From contig CAWEQH010000010.1 in NCBI GenBank assembly GCA_963811165.1, positions 608,001 through 672,000 of the forward strand: a DNA stretch of 64,000 nucleotides. Direction: 5' to 3'. The notes under the pieces are model-generated. The model had not been told where the DNA came from, made no database searches, and worked only from the letters and a program-made list of their open reading frames with translations. Positions within the stretch are counted from its first letter, which is position 1. Each line of letters starts with the position of its first letter. Positions 1-6,262 of the stretch are shown piece after piece. Source of the DNA: an uncultured Nitrospiraceae bacterium (lineage in GTDB: Bacteria; Nitrospirota; Thermodesulfovibrionia; Thermodesulfovibrionales; UBA6898). Both the position numbers and the translations under genes were made by a program.

Positions 1-242
1 GCGGCCCGCTGCACATAGCCGCTGTAATCCTGGCTCGTCACAGAAGAAGTCGCACCGTCGTCGGCCTTCACCGGTTTAGCGGCAGCCTTTTGCTCCTTGA
101 TAATCCTTACTGTCTTTTTGCTCACGGGGGCGTCGGTATAACAGGCGACACCATTTTCATCGACGTATTTATACACATCTGAAGAAGCCGGAACGGCGTA
201 AAAAACTAACAAAAAAGCCGATACGGTAATTATCGCACGCAT
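1..242 (-). CDS. Secreted DUF4124-domain protein, probably the N-terminus of a lytic transglycosylase (runs off window edge)
   Basis: Own translation from ATG 242: MRAIITVSAFLLVFYAVPASSDVYKYVDENGVACYTDAP...QDYSGYVQRAA; signal peptide plus YKYVDENG..YTD.P motif. Confidence 0.75.
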   Translation of the reverse strand, partial: MRAIITVSAFLLVFYAVPASSDVYKYVDENGVACYTDAPVSKKTVRIIKEQKAAAKPVKADDGATSSVTSQDYSGYVQRA

Positions 243-247
243 AAAAA

Positions 248-276
248 ATCTTAACATTTAAAGCCCCAAGTGTCAA
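248..276 (-). promoter_or_regulatory. Sigma70-type promoter, probably leaderless transcript
   Basis: Minus strand TTGACA-N17-TAAGAT with TG extension; ATG follows after 5 nt, no SD. Confidence 0.65.
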
Positions 277-303
277 TATTATTGGCCAAATATGCCGCAA
301 ATA

Positions 304-333
304 TTGACAAAAAGAGCCTAATTATAGTATAAA
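304..333 (+). promoter_or_regulatory. Sigma70-type promoter of the tRNA pair
   Basis: TTGACA 304-309; -10 candidates TAGTAT (325-330) or TATAAA (328-333) just before tRNA-Val. Confidence 0.5.
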
Positions 334-342
334 AGTATCTTC

Positions 343-418
343 GGGCGGATAGCTCAGCTGGGAGAGCACAGCCCTTACAAGGCTGGGGTCACAGGTTCGA
401 TCCCTGTTCCGCCTACCA
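343..418 (+). tRNA. tRNA-Val (TAC)
   Basis: 76-nt cloverleaf, anticodon arm CAGCC-CTTACAA-GGCTG, GTTCGA T-loop, encoded CCA. Confidence 0.97.
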
Positions 419-495
419 TTTCATTTTGGTGACAAAAAATGGAATGGAGAGATGATTCGGATCTCTTCAATTGCAGAGTTTTTCAGAAGTTCGCG

Positions 496-572
<77 letters not shown>

Positions 573-1022
573 TTTCGTGTCACTTATCGGGAAACAATAA
601 AGTTCTTAATTTTTGAAGTCAGAAGACTTTTTGGCAAACAACAAAATTTTCGTTAAAATCGTAGTTTCTAATATGTGGAACTGTCCCGACTAAGTTCCTA
701 CATTGCTGCACAAAATAATTCTGACTTTTTAGTTTTCTTGCCTACCATATTACTCACAGTACGCCGCAAAAGTCGCGAGTTCTTATAACTGAGTCTTACG
801 CGCCGAATTATGCCAGCCCTGTCGACACCGATGTCGTGACCACGTTAGATCAGCCAGCAATGGGTCCCATTTTATCGGCGTGAAATACTGGTCGTAACAT
901 GCTGTCAAAGAGATCCGACGAAGTAACGGAGCATTTGATGTAGGATTTTGTACGGGTTCCACCGACTTAATCACAAGTATCAGGCGCTGCAACTACTGAG
1001 GGTTAACGAAAGAAACTGCCAG

Positions 1023-1113
1023 GCTCAACGCTGGCCATGAGGCGCCGGACCACAGACCTTTGTGCAAAAAGATCCAGCGTTATTCCCGGGCTGCCTCGAT
1101 GCCATTGATGAGT
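1023..1113 (-). repeat. attC site with degenerate R'' (AAC to ATC)
   Basis: ACTCATC-AATGG-CATCGAGGCAGCC...GGCGCCTCATG-GCCAGC-GTTGAGC; two extrahelical bases. Confidence 0.7.
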
Positions 1114-1119
1114 TGCTTT

Positions 1120-1535
1120 TTAAATGACATCTGTATACCGAAAATCATTAAAATCCAGGTCTGTTTTTCCGAGTAAATCTTTACGCATGGCTAAAACGAT
1201 CTCGCCAACAGCCTTGCGTCCTGCCTCCGGATTCGGCTGCTGTCCCCGAGATTCGATAACATGGACAATCATCCTATTTATGGCTCTTACGACATCATCG
1301 GAACAATAAAGCCACAATTTATATTGTTCTCCAAAAAATTGTCTTTTTCTTTCAGCAGAAGTTGTGCTGCCGACAAAGCCTCGCAAGAGGATCAAAAGAT
1401 TTGAATACTTTTCTTCTTTAAATTTTAGAATTGCTTCCTTTCGTTTTGATTGGATAGCGAAGTAATAAGCAAGGTAAGAGCTTGCCAATCCCGAAAGACC
1501 GGCCCAATGAAAAGGAATATGTCTTTAATATTCAT
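1120..1535 (-). pseudogene. Cassette gene for an N-terminally membrane-anchored hypothetical protein, 1-nt frameshift near 1495
   Basis: GGAG SD plus ATG 1535 (MNIKDIFLFIGPV) is out of frame with SGLASSYLAYYF...; span 416 nt = 3n+2. Confidence 0.6.
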
Positions 1536-1544
1536 ATTTTCTCC

Positions 1545-1615
1545 TCACAACGACCTGCATAAGGGGCTGACAGCACGTACAGTGCTGGCAGTATCTCTTA
1601 ATGCAATTGTTCTAC
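1545..1615 (-). repeat. attC site (71 bp)
   Basis: GTAGAAC-AATTG-CATTAAG..CTGCCAGCAC-TGTAC-GTGCTGTCAG..CTTATG-CAGGTC-GTTGTGA. Confidence 0.8.
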
Positions 1616-1630
1616 CCTTCTATCTGCTAT

Positions 1631-1774
1631 TTATTTCAGCTTTTTCTTGCATAATGGGCATGTATCACGCCAATTGCCGTGGCAGCTTGAGCAAATGAAA
1701 TGGCCCTTTTCGCAGGTTTTAGCCCTATCTACTTGTTTCTTTTTTCCACAAGCATCGCATACGCGTTCTGACAT
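1631..1774 (-). CDS. 47-aa stand-alone C3HC4 RING-finger-like protein (not in ORF track)
   Basis: AGGAGG SD; MSERVCDACGKKKQVDRAKTCEKGHFICSSCHGNWRDTCPLCKKKLK = C-x2-C-x11-C-x3-H-x2-C-x2-C-x7-C-x2-C. Confidence 0.8.
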   Translation of the reverse strand: MSERVCDACGKKKQVDRAKTCEKGHFICSSCHGNWRDTCPLCKKKLK

Positions 1775-1790
1775 TTTTACTACCTCCTTT

Positions 1791-2492
1791 TTATTTAGTT
1801 GATGATTGAGCAGGGTACAAATAGCTCAGAATATTTATTAGTGGCTTAAGAAAGAGAAAACGTGTCAAAGTCTTCAATACAATTGACTTTGAGATAGCCC
1901 TTGCTATCGGTGGGGATATCATATAATAGGCATTAATAAATGTGCGCCCAGGTTTAGACATACTAAGGACAGAATTACGATACTGTTGCAAATATAATAC
2001 TTCAGGAGCCATTGATGTCCCAAATGCGGCTGTTGCGATAAAGCAACCGCCAGACTTTGTGTCCTTTTTCTCAACGTGACTTAGTTTTGAGCCATCTTCA
2101 TTAATCTGGCTTAGTTGCGAACTTACTTCCGCAATTAAGCGTTTTGGTTCTTCTTCTGTCGGCTTCTGTTTTTCTGCGCGTTTAAAGAAAGCAACAGCCT
2201 CGCTGTATTCAACCCTCGCTTTTTCATTATTCCCTTTCATTTTAGCCATTTCGCCTTGCATTCTGTGCACATGTCCTTCTGTGAGAAGCTCCGTATAGTA
2301 AGAATCCCAAATATCTTCTCCGTCATTATCTTTTGGCATTGCACAACTCTCTAATTTGCCGATTTGCCTACGAATTTGGTCGATAGAATACATACATCTA
2401 CAATTTGGACAGTACTCATATCCTTGAATTTCCGGGACGTCAAATTCTTTACCACAATGGCACTTTGCGGGTACTGACGAAGTGTTGGTCAT
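1791..2492 (-). CDS. Zn-ribbon + TPR-like helices + CFI-box-CTERM domain protein (cassette)
   Basis: CHC...CPNC N-terminus; helical middle; GGCFIATAAFG...EV..L..YR..VL...GR.FI..YY..SPPIA C-terminus; GAGGA SD. Confidence 0.8.
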   Translation of the reverse strand: MTNTSSVPAKCHCGKEFDVPEIQGYEYCPNCRCMYSIDQIRRQIGKLESCAMPKDNDGEDIWDSYYTELLTEGHVHRMQGEMAKMKGNNEKARVEYSEAVAFFKRAEKQKPTEEEPKRLIAEVSSQLSQINEDGSKLSHVEKKDTKSGGCFIATAAFGTSMAPEVLYLQQYRNSVLSMSKPGRTFINAYYMISPPIARAISKSIVLKTLTRFLFLKPLINILSYLYPAQSSTK

Positions 2493-2537
2493 TTTATCCT
2501 CCTCTGAGTAAGATTGTTAAATGCTTTACTCGCTCTT

Positions 2538-2627
2538 TTATAACGAGATGGCTCACTTGCCGGGGCAACCAACCTTTGCTGCAAACCGCAGAGGCTATTC
2601 CCGGTCAAGTGGAGCCGGTTGTTAAGG
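2538..2627 (-). repeat. attC site (90 bp)
   Basis: CCTTAAC-AACCG-GCTCCACTTGACCGGG...CCCCGGCAAGTGAGC-CATCTC-GTTATAA; the upstream gene's TAA lies in R''. Confidence 0.9.
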
Positions 2628-3224
2628 CATTTCTCTATTCAGTAATTTCATCTTATCAAGCATTTTGATAGATAATTTTTTTTTGTTTGCCAAAAGCGCA
2701 ATTTGCAGGGCTGAAAGCATAGCGAGAGCATTTCCAGTATTAAGTAGCTCCACTATTTCGTCGTCTGTATAATTTGGTTCGAGGGTTTCGGCCTTAATTC
2801 TGCGGACAGCCTGCAAATATCCGCTATGAGTAAAGCTATTCATAGCAGCGTAGTTTTCCTTTTTTGCAGAAGAAAGTATTCCTTCTTCGAATCCTTTACA
2901 GCTTTCGATTTCCGTAATTAATGCTCCAAAGCTCTTCTCTAATTTATCTTGTTTGTATCTTGATATTTCTGTGTCAGTCGCGCACAGCTGCAGCCAAACG
3001 CCTCGGACGTAAGATTCAAACTCCAGCCGAATGAGGGAAAACGCGGATCCAAATAATTTATTGGCTATGAGAAGCAATATTGCTTTTTGATGTTCAAGTG
3101 CCACGAGCAAACAGGCAACTGCAAGTCGTCGTCTTTCATCAGATGGAACTGCAAGACCATCAAGTTCCTCGTCAAGCCACTGAATTAGCGTTTCGGAATT
3201 ATTAATAATTTCGGTTATATTCAT
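2622..3224 (-). CDS. DUF6988/DUF5677-like all-helical protein (HEPN-like, cassette)
   Basis: ALEHQKAI..L...GSAFSLIR..FESYVRGVWL and NSFTHSG motifs resemble this family. Confidence 0.65.
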   Translation of the reverse strand: MNITEIINNSETLIQWLDEELDGLAVPSDERRRLAVACLLVALEHQKAILLLIANKLFGSAFSLIRLEFESYVRGVWLQLCATDTEISRYKQDKLEKSFGALITEIESCKGFEEGILSSAKKENYAAMNSFTHSGYLQAVRRIKAETLEPNYTDDEIVELLNTGNALAMLSALQIALLANKKKLSIKMLDKMKLLNREMP

Positions 3225-3228
3225 TTGG

Positions 3229-3319
3229 CGTTAACGGGTGAATAAGTAGCGGGGGGCACCAACCATGAATGAAAAAAGGAAGAGGCCAATCCCCCGTCTG
3301 CTTGATGCTTTTGTTAGGA
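3229..3319 (-). repeat. attC site (91 bp)
   Basis: TCCTAAC-AAAAG-CATCAAGCAGACGGGGG...CCCCCCGCTACTTATT-CACCC-GTTAACG. Confidence 0.8.
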
Positions 3320-3333
3320 GATTTTTCATGTCT

Positions 3334-3789
3334 CTATTTAATGTAATAAAATACGATTTTCGGACAACCGTTAGGACAAACCAAGCTGACATTTCTTTGA
3401 GGCTCTATGGATTGTTGAAGGGTGGATCTGATATTTTTGTTGTCGAAGCAATTGCAACAAAGCTTATGTGCTTTTTCAGCCATACCCACATAATTCTTCT
3501 CTATATACGCAAAAACACCATTCCCAATTTCACGCCGTTCATAGTTTGCTTTTTCTGTACTCCAGTCTTTAAGGCGCATACATTCTTTTTCAAGTTCCTG
3601 TATTTTCGTCGTCAAAGAAGAATGTTCATTTTGTGCAGAGATAATCAGGCTGTTTGCTTGGATAATGTGGCCTTGAAGTTGTGCGATCTCGCCAGCATGC
3701 TTAGTAAAATCGCGGAGGTTGAGAAAAGATGATAATACACTTGTTGCGGCGTTTAAACTGGAAAGGGCTTGTGGTAGATATTCAATCAT
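3334..3789 (-). CDS. Coiled-coil protein with C-terminal Zn ribbon (cassette)
   Basis: AGGAGG SD; coiled coil then CCNC...CPNGC; cassette starts GTTAGGA and ends TCCTAAC (exact complement). Confidence 0.75.
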   Translation of the reverse strand: MIEYLPQALSSLNAATSVLSSFLNLRDFTKHAGEIAQLQGHIIQANSLIISAQNEHSSLTTKIQELEKECMRLKDWSTEKANYERREIGNGVFAYIEKNYVGMAEKAHKLCCNCFDNKNIRSTLQQSIEPQRNVSLVCPNGCPKIVFYYIK

Positions 3790-3846
3790 AATTTATTCCC
3801 TCCTTTTGGGAAATAGAAAGGTTGCTGGTATGAATAATTTACTGAC

Positions 3847-3865
3847 TCCTAACATGTAATATGCC
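3847..3865 (-). other. Putative attI-like site heading the four-cassette block
   Basis: GGCATAT-TACAT-GTTAGGA (7+5+7), no attC hairpin upstream. Confidence 0.55.
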
Positions 3866-3893
3866 AAGTTGGTTTTTTGTGATCCCTTGCAGG

Positions 3894-3922
3894 ATGATAG
3901 CATATTCATTACCTCTTGTGAA
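3894..3922 (-). promoter_or_regulatory. Pc-like sigma70 promoter facing the cassettes
   Basis: TTCACA-N17-TATCAT with TG extended -10, ~30 nt before the attI-like site. Confidence 0.65.
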
Positions 3923-4214
3923 GAAAAAAAGTCTATAGATCAGTAAGTGAATAATTTACTACTTGGCATTTACTGTTAATATGGACTAAAAGCCAACTTG
4001 GTAAAATCCGGTATTGTTCTTATCGTCGATTTCCGAGAGCAACTGAGAGGAGTTGAAGCAAGCGCTCAGATGCGATGTACAGGAAGAAATCGCACCCCCT
4101 TATAGTTTAACTAGGTGGGTGCAAAATGCAAAGGGCTTTGTTTAATATATACATATCTCACCGGGGTAATGTTGTTTTGTTCTTAAAGGCGGCGAGGTTT
4201 ACTTATTAATGTTT

Positions 4215-4553
4215 TCAGACACCATCGGATTTTGTTTCGATTGCGGTAAGATTTTTTGCATATTGAAGCATCTGTTCGAGTTCCTTGTGGGTAAGACCCT
4301 CAGCCTGAATGACCTTATCGTCTTTAGTTGTTATGATGACTTTTCGGCCATGACTAACTTTAAGGTATGCAATGATGACTGATGCGAGACCGCCCCACAT
4401 GGCGGCAGATTGCAATATTTCAATAACCCCGGAGGATGCCATCGGTACGCCAGCACGTTGTTCTCGCATAGTGTAGGGCACTTGTTTTTCGTTGAGCAGC
4501 GCGAGAAAAGGACCGAAGCCATCCTTGAAGAGATGAACAGGTAATGATTTCAT
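4215..4553 (-). CDS. Small protein resembling effector-associated constant component EACC1
   Basis: AAGGAG SD; GVIEIL...LASVIIAYLK...RKVIITTKD.KVIQAEGL..KELE pattern; family call by eye. Confidence 0.55.
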   Translation of the reverse strand: MKSLPVHLFKDGFGPFLALLNEKQVPYTMREQRAGVPMASSGVIEILQSAAMWGGLASVIIAYLKVSHGRKVIITTKDDKVIQAEGLTHKELEQMLQYAKNLTAIETKSDGV

Positions 4554-4561
4554 TTGCGCTC

Positions 4562-4580
4562 CTTTAACCAGTAATTAGAC
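4562..4580 (-). other. Second attI-like site
   Basis: GTCTAAT-TACTG-GTTAAAG directly before the SD of 4215..4553. Confidence 0.4.
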
Positions 4581-4641
4581 CGTTAATAGTACTAACACCG
4601 GTAATCCGATGTTAGTCAACCAGTTACCAGCCGGAAGCCGC

Positions 4642-4673
4642 CCGGAGCAGTTCGCTGCAGCGCATGGTTAGAC
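4642..4673 (-). repeat. Left half of a truncated attC
   Basis: GTCTAAC-CATGC-GCTGCAGCGAAC overlapping the BRCT gene stop; complementary L'/R' arm not found. Confidence 0.6.
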
Positions 4674-5342
4674 GTTTCTAATCGCTTCATCGAGAACTGC
4701 CTTCCAGTAAAGTTCTGAAATGATAATAGGCTTGCGACGCTGAAGCTTGAGAATCATCGCGTCGGAAATCTTGTTGCCATAACTACCATGCGCCCAATTC
4801 GGATTTGGGTCGTTGCCGATAACTAGGACGTCGGTCTTGTTGGTGATGTTGTCAGTTGTGGTGCCTCCCCGCGACGTGACAGCCACCTGACATTCCTTGC
4901 GTGTTCCGAACTCGAACTGGCCAGTGAAGCAAAACGTTGTGCCTGCAATGGCAACTTCCGGCAAAGGGTCGTCGAATGGCGAACCGTCCTTGAGAACATT
5001 CTCGATTACCTGCTCAAGTGCCTTGCGAGTCTTGGAGGGGGTGATTGGGCCTCGCTTAGGGTGCCAGTCGGCGGGGATCTCCGTGCGAGCAAGAACGGCT
5101 TTATCATGAGGGAGGAGGTCTGTGGAAACGTGCTCCTCGTCGCCAGTCGTATAAACATATGCTGTCCAGAGATGCTTGTTGGTGGGGTCGGAAAAAAGTC
5201 TGCCAATCATGCCGGAACAAAAGCCCTTAGTTAGTGGGCGACTAATGTCGATATCGAAAAAACGCAGCACCTTGAGTTGGCCGAATGTGGCAGGGTCGAA
5301 GTGCCAAGCTGGGTGGACTGATTTTAGTTGGTATGTTCTCAT
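4668..5342 (-). CDS. BRCT-domain protein (cassette)
   Basis: C-terminal FCFTGQF..GTRKEC...V..RGG...NITNKTDVLVIG....W.HGSYGNKI..A...IISE..W. Confidence 0.8.
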   Translation of the reverse strand: MRTYQLKSVHPAWHFDPATFGQLKVLRFFDIDISRPLTKGFCSGMIGRLFSDPTNKHLWTAYVYTTGDEEHVSTDLLPHDKAVLARTEIPADWHPKRGPITPSKTRKALEQVIENVLKDGSPFDDPLPEVAIAGTTFCFTGQFEFGTRKECQVAVTSRGGTTTDNITNKTDVLVIGNDPNPNWAHGSYGNKISDAMILKLQRRKPIIISELYWKAVLDEAIRNV

Positions 5343-5357
5343 TGTGCGCTAGGAAAC

Positions 5358-5376
5358 GACTACCCCGTTATTAGAC
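5358..5376 (-). other. Third attI-like site (degenerate core)
   Basis: GTCTAAT-AACGG-GGTAGTC; same L box as 4574-4580; CTGACG-N16-TATTAT just upstream. Confidence 0.35.
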
Positions 5377-5712
5377 GGAAACCGCCCCGATAATATCGAA
5401 ATTTGCATATTCGTCAGATCAAGCTCGACTTTCCCCATAGTTGATTACTTGTAATAACTTACACCATTTTGAAGATTTTGAAAAGCGAGGATTTCAGGAA
5501 GGAAGGTTGCGCCTGGTCTCCCTTCTTTAGCCCTCGGCGTGCTTCGCCCCGAACTCTAAACGGTTTTTTTGTCAGATCCAGCGAATGACAGGTATGCCGA
5601 ATCGAAACTATTGCGGATTTACGGAAGCAATGCGGAGTAATGAGGATAAATGAGGCGCAGGGGCAACCAGACATCATTGAAGAAAACCACAGGGGTTAGG
5701 GATATTTAGCTA

Positions 5713-6108
5713 TTGTTCCATGACTATTTTCTGAAGAATGTGCCGATCATCACAGTTGGTGACCAAGTCAGAAATAAATTGGATCCGATAGTTGAAAAAG
5801 CAGATATGATTCTCACTATGTTTCCCGGGAAATTGAAGTTCACCATTCTACTTCTAGATAAAGTTACCGATGTTAGGGCAAGCTGGAAACAAAAATATAG
5901 GACCAGAACTGATTATGTCGCTTTCTATTCTCGTCAAAATAAAACTATATATATTTCCGTCAATGAGATCTCTCTAAGAATTTTGGCGCATGAGTTGGCC
6001 CATGCTATAATTGACCAATATTACTGTACCTACAATTCCTGTACGCTTATTCTTGAAAATGAACATGAGGTGCTTGCGCATCTGGTGGAACTCCGAATCG
6101 AGTTTTGA
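5713..6108 (+). CDS. HExxH-motif hypothetical protein, possibly 5'-truncated
   Basis: AFYS...TIYIS...LAHELAHAII...HEVLA; TTG start without SD, in-frame stop just upstream. Confidence 0.55.
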   Translation: MFHDYFLKNVPIITVGDQVRNKLDPIVEKADMILTMFPGKLKFTILLLDKVTDVRASWKQKYRTRTDYVAFYSRQNKTIYISVNEISLRILAHELAHAIIDQYYCTYNSCTLILENEHEVLAHLVELRIEF

Positions 6109-6262
6109 CAATCCCGTATATTTTGGGATTCTTTTCTATAAAATGATAAAATATTAGAGTCACCAAAGAGGTATCTGGCGTCGAAGCAGCACACGGCTTT
6201 CAAACGGGCATACCTATCCGGAGGCGTTTTTTTATTCTGGTGATAGTAGAGGTAATTACGTA

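Larger units (their letters stand above)
1023..5376 (-). mobile_element. Integron gene-cassette array lacking an integrase (CALIN-like)
   Basis: Co-oriented short unrelated ORFs, most bounded by AAC...GTT imperfect palindromes with attC geometry; no tyrosine recombinase ORF in the window. Confidence 0.85.

Noticed and set aside
783..850. Possible fifth attC (ATCTAAC...GTTATAA)
   Set aside because: L boxes do not pair at the required spacing and no convincing cassette gene precedes it
4140..4212. Possible degenerate attC after the EACC1-like gene
   Set aside because: Only a short CTCGCCG/CGGTGAG stem; AAC/GTT cores absent and spacing wrong
5459..5677. ITPHCFRKS resembles the tyrosine-recombinase HxxR box
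   Set aside because: No other catalytic motifs, only 72 aa, and on the wrong strand for an intI divergent from the cassettes
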